This document shows, piece by piece, positions 46,847 through 58,036 of a stretch of DNA of 64,000 nt; position 1 is the stretch's first letter; every line of letters begins with the position of its first letter. Position numbers and translations under genes: made by a program. The notes below the pieces were generated by a model. The model had not been told where the DNA came from, did not search any database, and saw only the letters and a program-made list of their open reading frames with translations. Where the stretch lies: assembly GCA_048013815.1 (NCBI GenBank), contig CM106586.1, positions 5,456,001 to 5,520,000 on the forward strand, written 5' to 3'. This DNA comes from Setoptus koraiensis. Lineage: Eukaryota > Animalia > Arthropoda.

Positions 46847-49800
46847 ATGGAATATCGGCTATCGCAAGCCCCCAAGAAATTAGACTATTACCAACAAAGT
46901 AAACATCCAGAGGTAGACCAGGAGAAATTCTCCCCAGATAGAATAGATCTCAGTCAATATGATAAAATTCGCGTGGTTGGTAAAGGTAGAGAGCATTCTT
47001 TTTAACGGTTTTATCTATTCTATACAATATACAAAATAACAAATTTCATTATCACCCGTTTAATATCACAATTGATTTAGGCGCTTTTGGGATCGCAACT
47101 GTTTGTCGAAAGCGACGCGATTGTTCACTCGTAGTCTTGAAAGAGATTGACCTCAAGAAGCTACCAACCGAAGGAGAGCGCCTATTCGCAATCAACGAGG
47201 CCAACATCATGTCTATGATTGATCATGTCAACATTATACGCTATTATAACACGTATCAATTTGATTCCAAGCTCATTATTGAAATGGAGTACGCAAACAA
47301 TGGGACGCTTTCAGATTATTTATCTATTCAAACACAATTGTTAGAAGAACAAGAAATACTAATAATCTTTAGACAAATATCTATTGGGTTGGAATATTTG
47401 CACAGCAACAACATAATACATCAAGATCTCAAAACGGCCAACATTTTCTTAAGCGCTGACGGTTTAGTGAAAATTGGTGACTTTGGTATAGCACGTCTAC
47501 TTCCATTAAACAACTTGACAACGTCAACAACAGCAACAACACACGAGCAACAATCCTATCATACAAGATCAGACCAGACATCAGCGACAACAGAAATGGC
47601 AAAACAAAGGGTTGAAACAAAGGACGCCGACAATGCCGACAACAATAAACATATACGAGACACTAATCACTATCCAGACTATGACGGAGCTAGGGTTAAG
47701 TCCACCTTCGTCAACCAACTTTACGCCACCTATGCTGGGACACCAGCATACTGTAGCCCAGAAAAGGTAAGCATGGAAGATTAATTTATCTCAGTTTGGG
47801 GGTCTAAGCACGAATATCACAAGGTGCCTATAGTAACTAATAACTCTTACTAATCAACGTTAGTGCCTAGGAGAGCCTATAGATAGGAAATCGGATATCT
47901 GGTCGCTGGGATGTATCCTATACGAATTGATAACTCTCAAACAAACGTTCGAAGGATCTAGTTTACCAGCCATGATCAATAAAATAACTAAGGTAGTGGG
48001 ACCACAGTGTTGATGATACTCAACTTGTATCCGGTATTTGGATCGATCATTAACTGTGTACTTCTTTCTCATGCGACAGATCCAATACCCGCCAATTAAA
48101 AGGAGCATTTCAACAGGTTTGCGAACGATATTGGAGCAAATGCTGACCAAAGACCCAATGAAGAGACCGCAAGCCAGCGAGATAGTGGCGTTCATCAAAC
48201 AGATATTGTATAAAATTCAAGTGGACCGTTACCGTATAAACAATCTTAGATCTAACTATCGTTTGGATTTTTCTACAGTCGTTGCTGCACTGGCTGCGAA
48301 TGACTCCAATGAACTGTGAGTTATAGTTGTAATATTTTTAAAAATAACGAATATTCACCGAAAATAGAGATTAACTTGCAATAATTTTTTTTTCAGAGAC
48401 CAAGTACGGCGCCCACATTCGTTGGTGTATCAAGTTAGGCTAGACCAGGAACATATCACAGTGGACAGACTGAATCTTCCAAAGACGAAACGCTTTAAAG
48501 AGGTCAGTTTTGCAATACTTGAATATTAAGATTTATCATAGAATCGCAACGTTTGTTCTGGTTCTCTAAAACTTATGACGTTGTTTTCATTCCTAGATCG
48601 CCAAAGGCTCAAATCATTATTTGGCGCTTACTCACGATAATATAGTTTACGGTTGGGGTGATCGCACAAAAGGTGACTATCTCGCTTGATTCAGTTGCTG
48701 AGCAAAAATATCTGGGATAGACAAGTGAACAATACAATTACAATATATTGAACTGTTGATTGAAACCAAACATTCGCAGGTCAGTTGGGTGTGTGCAGTT
48801 TACTTACGGCAAAGAGGCATTCCTCTTCAGACATAAATGTCAAATCTTCGAGTGCCACGACTTCACGATCTACTCTGGCCTATAGGACTTCAAACGTAAG
48901 CTGTGACTCTAAAACCGCCATCAGTGGGCAGCTACATTTGAGAGGGGACAATAATAAATCTGTGATAGACAATCGATTTAGAGACGCTCTTCCAGCAATC
49001 AGACCATTTATACTCAACGATTTGAGCGGGCGCAAAATAACTCAGGTGGCCGCCGGTAATGAGTTTAGTGTGTTCCTTAGTAGAACTGGATTAGTTTTAA
49101 GCTGTGGTTCCGGTTCCGCGGGTTGCTTGGGTCACGGTGATCTTGAAGATTGTAGCACGCCAACGCTAGTTAAGAGCCTAATGAGCACCGACGTGATATC
49201 CATCAGCTGTGGCATAGAGCACGTGGTGGCAGTTTGTGGCGATGGCAAAGGTAAGTGCACAGCGTAAAGGATTGTAAAATAAATCGCGCGAAAATATTAG
49301 ATTATTTCCATAACTTATCTATAATTCCACGAAAATTAAAATCTACAGCCAGCAATAGTTCGATCACTTGTTGCCTTTGCGCTCACAATCTGTTGTTCCC
49401 ACATTTCATTTTTATTAGGAATTCATTTTAAATTAAACATTACATACAAATGATTGCTTGCAATAATTTAATCAAGGCCATTCAAATCAATTCTGTTGTG
49501 TATACGACCATCCTGTACATGATCATATATTCTAGCACTAGCATGGGGAAACAACAAGGACGGAAGGCTTGGGATAGACAATTCTAACTGCAACGTGATT
49601 TATGTTTGCAGCCCGCGACCTGTTATCATGCCACACAATGTATTCATCAAGAAGGCCATTTGTGGAGATCAATCCACCATATTTATTGACAGTGAAAGCA
49701 ATTGTTGGGCTTGTGGCACAAATACATTCAATAAATTGGGCCTGGACGAAAGAAAAAGGTTTAAGGGTGCACGTATTGTCGAGCGACAGGCTATTCCGGC

Positions 49801-52800
49801 CCCGTTAACCGCATTAGGATCAAAGCAAAAAGCTGTCTCGTGTAGCATTGGTAAACATCATTCAGGTGTACTTCTTGACGATGGAAAGCTACTAATATTG
49901 GGCAAAGACATAGATCTGAAATACAGCACTTATGAGCGCTACAAAGCAGGTAAACATTTTTATCCTAAGACTATTAGCTCTTTGCTCGACATGAGCACCT
50001 CCAACCATGGACGCTCACATTTTACTAACCAGAGTCGATCTGATGCTAGTCAAAATAATGGGACATTGTCTCATTCTACTACGACCAATAAATCTGCGCG
50101 GGTACCTATAAAACAATCTTTGATTGATACAACTGCTGATACGAATCAAGATCAGCAGTCACATAAGTCTGGGGTAGAAACCACTGCAAAACAAAGAAGA
50201 ATCTACAAGGAATATATCAAAAAGTCACGCTCAACAAAGAAAATTCTCAATAGCTCTGTAGTCAAAGTAGCATGCACTTCAAAATTCACTCTTGCCTTAA
50301 CCAGTGATAACAGAGTGTATTTTTGGGGTACTCGATCTCATAGCTATCAGCCTACTACGTTCGAAGCATTCAGTAATAAATTGATGCAGCAACGACTACA
50401 GCAAAGTGATCTCAAATCATATGAAACAATAACAAATACAACTTTTCCTTCATCATCGAATAGTAATGTGCCTAGTAACACAATGAGATCTATCGAAACT
50501 CAACTAGTGGCTTCTTGCACTGATGACTGTATCATGAAGATTGGTGCTACCAATGATTCTTTGATGGCCACGATTGAAAAAATTGGCTCTGACCAACCAA
50601 TAATACAAGTGCAAGACCCCAAGTTGATAGCTAAATCATTCTCAGACTTGTGGATACTAGATTACAATTGTGATGAAGATAGTGTCAATCAAGACAAAAA
50701 ACATGTACATTCTAGCTCTAAATTATGTAACTATATTACTAAGAAGCGTCACGATGTCATACTAGAGCCACAATCAATTGTTGGACTATACGTGCCCTCC
50801 GTATTCAAACAGAATGGTCACACTATATGTATGTCGGACATATTCTGCTTTGATGAAGACAAATTTTTCATCATATTTGATTCTACTGTAGCACCCCACT
50901 CTAATCACCACCTTCATGGTCAGAAACAACACTCTCATTCGCCTGGATCGTCAAAGAAACAGGACAACTTTCAGAATGGTCAAAATCGGCGGTCGATATT
51001 GAGAAATATGTCTAAGTCGATGAATCAAGAAGCAATTAATGGGAAACAACAATTAAACAAAACTACAGTAGATAAGAATAAAATAGACAAAATTCATCGC
51101 AGACAAGCAATTGTTACAGCTGGATTCTCCAAGGATCCATCGAAGGATAAAAAAAGTAAAATTGGTGAAGATTTGAATTCCACAGTATCGAAGTCTTCTA
51201 CGGCTACCTTATTGTTAAACACAAATAAAAACGTGGTTCCTCCAAAAATTATTTACAACAACGAGCATGATATCAGTCCCAGCGAAGAAACATTATGCCA
51301 TAGTAAACCAATCATCCAGTTGAATAATGATAGTATTGAAGAGGACTTTGAATATCAGCAAGCTTCATTTGATATGGGGCTTGATGATGAGGAAAATATG
51401 ATGAAGAATGATGATTTATTAACACCTCCAAGATGCCCTAGCCTCTCTAGCAGCATCGACAAAACTGGATCAACAGTCTTGAGTTGTCTAGGCAGTAGAC
51501 CAGATTCCCCGGTTTCACTCAATACTCTCAACAGTAACATTGGGAGTAAATCTGTGTCTAGTACTAATACTACAGACAACACTATTGTATCAGATGATCA
51601 TCAGAGCTTAGCCTATGAAGAGCCATTCTCTTTATCTAATATTGCTCATATGACATCAACAAGATACGAATTCATAAAATCAGCCTCATCTTCTGACTTA
51701 TCCTCGCCACAAACACATCAATCATCAGATAACTTAGCTATGATTAGGGGCATATATAACAACATGAATGACAACTACAATGCACAATCTAAGTCACTGA
51801 TGAAACGTCGCTCGCTCGTCTTGAGTCACAGTTATATTGACCAATTGAATGGCAATATTTTTGCAGCGAATCGTTCCTCGGAACATAACGACAAGAATAT
51901 GTCAAAACTATGGAATCATTGTAACAGTCAAACTGAAAAAGGTGATTTTGTGTCGCGGAGTAAACGGATTCGGCGTCGGACTACCACTAATTCATCTTAT
52001 ATAAATCGGGATGAGGTATCAAATGAAACGGAAACCTATGACGATCAGAATTATGACGATGAGCATACGATTGATGAAGACTCGATACCAGAGTGGGTTC
52101 GCAACGAATTGGATCAGAATATAGAGTCAAAAATGAAGCAGAATCTACTGGAACATGTATCTATTTCCTCTAGCACAGAACATCAGACTCTGAGCTCTAG
52201 CACCCATGGTATTGCCAACTTCCAAAGGTTTAGATCAAAGGGGATGACCGATTTAGACTCAATAGAAGACCTACATGAACGATTGGGTCAGAGTTTTAGC
52301 CTCGACGAATCAACTTTGATTGCCTCTCAATGTTGCATAGAGAATAGCAATGAGAGGTTACGTCAAGCCAAATCTAGCTCCAGTAGACAAGTGACTGTAG
52401 GAGAAGCAAAGCCATCTTCCGAATCGTCGCCTTTGAGCATTTTAAAAGAAGTAAATCATCTGCCAGGATGGACCAAGTTGAAGCGCAATCATTCCAAGCC
52501 CTCGTCCGACTATGCTATAGTAGAATCAAGTAGTTATTCAACTCATGCACAGTCAGCAACATACATCAGAAACTCACGAGGAGCTGTAAAAAAAAACTCA
52601 CTTTCACGGGTGGACTTGTTGGATGCTCGATGCATATCGAGTGGAGCTGTTGATATTATGTCACAACAGAGTAAAGGATTCGCTGAAGCTAGCACGAAAC
52701 CAAAAAGATTGTTGGACAATCATGTAGGCATGTCCCAGAGCACTAGTAATCTCTCTGAGTGTGGGGCCATCAATCAGCAACAGGTGGAGCCTGTTCCATC

Positions 52801-52873
52801 GTTGAAAAAGTCAAGTTTACGTAGCTTTTCTTCGCTTTCTTTCCGGAAGTCTATGATCAAGTTGTTCTGCTGA
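46847..52873 (+). CDS. NEK8: NEK8-like Ser/Thr kinase with RCC1 repeats and a long low-complexity tail (~1726 aa, 8 exons)
   Basis: Exons 46847-46985, 47081-47766, 47864-47992, 48080-48315, 48397-48502, 48597-48672, 48780-49250 and 49536-52873 join in frame (5181 nt). Kinase motifs: YDKIRVVGKGAFG, VLKE, HQDLK, DFG, SPE, KSDIWSLGC. RCC1 repeats: VYGWGDRTKGQLG, VAAGNEFS, GCLGHG, LAWGNNKDGRLG. Confidence 0.8.
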
Positions 52874-54042
52874 TCGAAGAGACGACAAATCTATAATATT
52901 CATTAGATTTATGTCTCATCAACCACTTGACTAGCAATAAGTGTAGGTCAAGGATATTGTGATTTTGTTTTCATTTGTTAAGTTTACCCGTATGATTGGA
53001 TAATGTAATAATAATACCAAATATAATCTGGATGTTGAACGATCGAGATTCGTCGGCAGATCTATTTGGCGACTTATAAAGGCAAGGAACAAAGCGGCGT
53101 GAGAAGATTCATTGTTGATATAATATAATTAATCTCTTGCATGCCGAGCGATCATAGTTCAACTATTTCTCTATTCCTTTTTTTGTCCACTCCTCATCAG
53201 TTCTCATAAGTTGGCGGCTTGTGAGCTTCTGGTCAGCACAAATACAAATGTTGATGAACATACGAGACTAACAAGTAAGTGCAAGAGAGTAGCAACTACA
53301 ACAGTCTATGACAATGAGATTTTAGGTTCGCATTGTAATTGTACTTCCTCTACATCCACGTTGATATATTGATGATTGTGATGATGGCGATGCCATGTAT
53401 GACTATGGTCATGATGATAATCCCATCACTATAACATGTTTGAGTTGTGAGAGTCAAGAGCGGAATGATAAATAGCCAAGTTGGGTTGTTGTTGTAGGTT
53501 GAGGTAGTGGAGTCGTTATTGCTGCTGATCATCCATAGCTAGCTAATTTGATGGATGAAATGATCAGAACAACACACTAACTAAACACGCTACCAACACA
53601 TATACAAACATATGCAACAGCAACAGCACCGGCAGCAACAGCAACAGCAATTCCGACAACAACGACAATGGCTTGTCAGCCTAGACCAATAAAGTAGCGA
53701 CAAACAGAAATTTTATTTCATGCGTTAATAAACATCCTCATCATTATCATCATCACCAGCACCGCCATCAGCAGTCAACGAACATTATGTTGATTGAATT
53801 AGTGGAATGGGACTGTATATCGATTGTAATGTATGTACAGTGTAGTAGTGGCGGTTGTAGTAGCATTAGTTTAGAGTATAATTGGCAGTACAATTACATA
53901 AATGAAATGTAATTGTTTTGTTTGGTTTGGTTTAATTTGCGTTATGCTTAGATGCAACGTGTTGCTTACATGGCGATGTTGCCCGCAATCCTCTAAGCTA
54001 GAGCCAAACGATTCGGCGATGGTTTCACACAACACAAAATGG

Positions 54043-54046
<4 letters not shown>

Positions 54047-54104
<58 letters not shown>
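54047..54104. repeat. (GA)29 microsatellite
   Basis: Perfect GA run. It is a homopurine mirror repeat and therefore triplex-capable. Confidence 0.95.
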
Positions 54105-54111
<7 letters not shown>

Positions 54112-54907
54112 GAGAACGACCTAAGTTAGCTCTAATTCATTGATGGTTGTTGTTTTAGTCATCATCATCATGAGAATTATTGGTGGTTTGTTGGTACTTT
54201 TAATTTTGAGCAGCAAACACTCAACTAACTAGGGACAATGAGCGTTATAAATGCATCAACATTGCTGCCATGACACAAAAGCGGTGGTGTTAGTCTCTCT
54301 CGCCGTCTCTTTCTCTCTATCCACTGGCACATCATGAGCAGTATCGTCAGCATGGTCAACTACCTGCAACCCAGGCATACTTGAGTGTGCCCGATGGATG
54401 GTTACATGGTTTTTGTCTAAAAACGAGACGCTAAATGTTACACAATCTAAAAAATGAACAAGTGCTTTCATATAGGTTTACACAGACGAACTGAGAGACA
54501 TGTGTTATTTTCATTTTTTCGATCTCTTTCAATCCAATCAAACGCAGACGATTCCGTATATATTAATAAGCTTTTATTCTTGCAACAATATGATGTTTTG
54601 TGCAATTGCCAGCTTCAAACAAAGAATCTGCGTACAAGAGCGCAAAGCATTAAATGACTGTCTATTTCCTCTTGATTATCCTTGGTGTTGTGCAATGGTC
54701 TGACTTATTCGCTCAGTCGGCTGACCACTCCGCCGACACACAAACACAATGGCCGCCACATGCATCGGCTGTCGATACTGACCGACCAATTACTATCAGT
54801 AGTACTAGAAAAACACACAAGCGCTGCAACAAAACAAGTTAGTTGCTTATATATTGCATGAGATCTGTGGTAATCCCAATCAAATTTTCTGCATAAACAT
54901 AAGAAAT

Positions 54908-54956
54908 TTTGTGTAAATGTCATCGTGTGTGATAGACATCACGATGACGGCACAAA
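54908..54956. ncRNA. Candidate pre-miRNA-like hairpin (unknown family)
   Basis: GTCATCGTG (54919-27) pairs perfectly with CACGATGAC (54940-48). The outer TTTGTGT/GCACAAA adds 7 bp across a 4x1 internal loop. Terminal loop 12 nt. Confidence 0.25.
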
Positions 54957-55734
54957 TAGGAGGACAGTTTGTAAGGCCGGCCAACAACAGTAAAACTGAA
55001 AAGTAGTCGCTGTTGTCGCATGTAAATCAATCAACAGCTCAGGGACATTTATGTTGCTTTTGTTGGACTGGCGCTGGCCCCGAAGCACAATTGAAATATA
55101 GTTTGCATGTAAATTATCTAATCACCATTGGCGATAAACGTCGGACTATGGTGGTATAGTAAAGTGTGGGTGTGCACTGGGCAACAAATCGCCATCTAAC
55201 TGCGTCTAGTTGATTGCAATTGCGACTGGCTGTTTATGTTTGTTTTGTCGTAGATTGATATTACGTCTTTTCCATTGTTGTGTGTCCGATAAAGAGAGGT
55301 TTTGTCAAGTGTTCCGAATGCCACAGCCCTGGTGTTCTGTTTGTTTGTTTGTTTGAACGAACAAAAGAAAGAAGAAAGACACCGTAAGCCGGTCAGCTAT
55401 AACCGGTGTGCTAACTAACTAGAATCAGCACAATGTTTTCTGTCCAACACAAATCAACAACTCTATGGCTATACATCACCCTCTTCGACAGATTTGAATG
55501 GAGCCCATGAATCCAAGCGACAAACAGACAGAGATAGATGTAGCAAAACAAAAAGTCAATGCATCATAGAGCAGAGAATCGTCCAAGGCATCCAGACAAC
55601 AATCAGCTCACAGACAGAAAGAATTATGGCTAAGTCACGTATCACTACGTGAGAATTGTTCGCTTGTCTAGAATTATATCATATTATCTATGTGGTGCTG
55701 GTGATATATAATGCTCGGTGGTGTTAGTGGTGTT

Positions 55735-55790
55735 AAATATGCAACTATTGCTATGGTGGCCGCAACTACAACCATAGTGATAGCATATTT
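55735..55790 (+). ncRNA. Candidate pre-miRNA-like hairpin
   Basis: AAATATGCAACTATTGCTATGGT pairs with ACCATAGTGATAGCATATTT over about 20 bp, with two G:U pairs and one small bulge, around a 13-nt loop. The strand is assumed from the neighbouring miR-12. Confidence 0.35.
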
Positions 55791-56381
55791 GTCGTGCTGT
55801 ACTCAGGGCCTCAGCGACAGTAGTTAGCACCGCAAAATTGAGAGCAAATACAGCCACAACTAACATAACATTGCCGCGTTGCTTTTATATAGGCTAAATA
55901 TACACTAGCTACACGGATAGCTAGCGAGTGGATAGATCATACAAATACACATGCACACTCATACATACATATATATATACTTACTCTCTCGTCCGACACA
56001 AATCAACGTGCTTGATAGACCGATCACAATAACTCTCTGATGCTCTCTTTTGCACTAGTGGCAACATGAAGTGAGAGTGAGATATAGTAGCAAAATGGCA
56101 GTCACTCGCCGGCACCCTCCTGCCAACCTAGTTGATCAGCACACATCTTACGTAACTATTACAACTACTACCTGCCATTGCTGTCGTTGCTGTTGTCAGG
56201 CAGCAGCTGCATCGACCTGCAGTTTGTCGATATGGTTCAATCGGCAGCAACACTATTTTATAGGTAGAGTAGCAGCGGCAACAAGCTTATGAGAGACGTC
56301 GAAAATTAGTTATATATTCTATACCTGCCAAGTGTGTGCCGGCGTGTGTGAATTTAAACACAACTATTACCAGAATAAAAC

Positions 56382-56427
56382 TACGAATAGCGATATATAT
56401 ATATATATATATATATCGCTATTCGTA
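56382..56427. repeat. 46-bp perfect palindrome centred on (AT)12
   Basis: TACGAATAGCG-(AT)12-CGCTATTCGTA. The two 11-bp unique flanks are exact reverse complements. Confidence 0.95.
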
Positions 56428-57816
56428 TATATATATCCGACTGTTGGTATATATTGAACAGTGAGGCAAACGAGGAGGAGCAACAAGTGTTCATGTAGTC
56501 CTGCAATAGGCGTGCGCATTTCACATGCATACTGATGATATACATTACTGAGTGAATGTTTGATCTCTCTCCTCATACACCACCGGCACTACCATCACCT
56601 CCACCATCATCATCAATGCTAAAAAGTGACGACGACGACAACAACTAATGCCCAACTAACAACTACCAAACTACCTAACACACCAACTTGATAGACACAT
56701 CTCACTGACGATGATCATCTATCAGCGCCACCATATGCTGTCTGCCTCACTCGATCAATACCATTGCCACTAACCATACTACTACTATTATTATGGCAAC
56801 TAACTAATACCTTAGTTTAGGTAACAATATTATTATCATTGGAAGCCGCTCAATTTACCGGCCAACAAACACTGTTGGCCATAGCATGCAACACTAACTA
56901 CACTAGGCGGCAAATGCCAGCTAGCACCATCATCAGTCAATTAGAGATGTATTGATGTGGAGACTAAGAGAGTCATAGTGAGACTGAGGGAGAAACCGAC
57001 AGCAAGACTAGAAAAGACAACAAACAATTAGAAGATGATATTGATTCAATACTCCTCCTCTTACTCCTCCTACACCTCCTACCTATCTCGCAATTTTCTA
57101 GTTCTTAGTAATCGGCGCTTGCTAGCAACAACTATACGACAACCTCATGTTTAGCCTCAACTGCACAGTATAGATGCATTATATAACTATGGCCGCTGTA
57201 TTACTAACCACCCACAATTTTCAGTTATAGACTCAAGACCAATAGCTAGAGAGACGTATCACTTTACTTGTGACTATGAGTCTAAGTATTTCTTTCACTA
57301 TTCACTATTACACAACATAACTTTATGCATTCGTTTACACAAATATTATCACACATATGCACAAACAAAATACAGTCAAGACAGACAAGGAAAAAGTATA
57401 AGCATCAAGGTGGTGAATACATCATAGTGAATCCAAGTCGGATATAATAATTCTCATACAAGATGTTTTTATGTGTTTAGGTACTTAGATAATAGATTCT
57501 CTTTCTATTTCTCTTGTGTACCGAGAATTGTCCATACCATTATCTAAGTTTCCAGTTAGCAAAATATATTTAGCTGAATGCATTTTCATAATTAGCCTCA
57601 CTACCAGTCGAAAGTCCGAACGAACAACATCAAATGTTTGTCGTCAAATGTAACCACTCTGTAATAATAAACCTTTTGTGTGAGTGTTTTTATTTACAAG
57701 TGCAAAGAATCGTAAGTTGCAAGAAGTTATGTAAATACCAAACTGTCAAATGAAAATTAAGCAAAACAGAATTTCCATCACCATCAACGATGGTGCATCA
57801 ACCCATGAGTGATTCG

Positions 57817-57888
57817 GATGCTGAGTATTACATCAGGTACTGAGTTTTCCGCCATTGATAGAATCAGTATCATGTGTAAATGCTCGTC
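57817..57888 (+). ncRNA. mir-12: microRNA miR-12 precursor (mature 5p 57822-57843)
   Basis: TGAGTATTACATCAGGTACTGA matches arthropod miR-12-5p as I recall it (UGAGUAUUACAUCAGGUACUG...). It pairs with TCAGTATCATGTGTAAATGCTCG (57864-57886) around a ~20-nt loop, giving a canonical pre-miRNA geometry. Confidence 0.87.
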
Positions 57889-57975
57889 AACTGAACTCAC
57901 ACGTATCAACAAGCGCAAGACGAAAAAAAAAACAAAGACGAGCATGTAATCATGAGCTTGTCTAGTCATATAGTA

Positions 57976-57997
57976 TTTATTGTGATTTTGTAATAAA
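57976..57997. terminator. Convergent polyadenylation signals (spn-E on -, putative pri-miR-12 on +)
   Basis: TTTATT at 57976-57981 (AATAAA on the - strand, 55 bp past the spn-E stop) and AATAAA at 57992-57997 on the + strand. Confidence 0.4.
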
Positions 57998-58036
57998 GTT
58001 CTTACTCAGAAGATATTCTATATAATGATGTCTAAA

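Noticed and set aside
53338-53351. ATTGTACTTCCTC resembling the miR-305 5' end, and TGAGGTAGTGG (~53500) resembling let-7
   Set aside because: The matches stop after 9-10 nt and no complementary star arm forms a hairpin.
53525-53567. Hairpin CTGATCATCCAT...ATGGATGAAATGATCAG
   Set aside because: It has only 8 contiguous pairs plus a 5-nt bulge, too short and irregular for a pre-miRNA.
57448-57530. AATTCTCATACAAGA / TCTTGTGTACCGAGAATT pairing considered as the miR-304/3477 partner of miR-12
   Set aside because: The seed is AATTCTC rather than AATCTCA, the loop is ~50 nt and the stem is only 15 bp.
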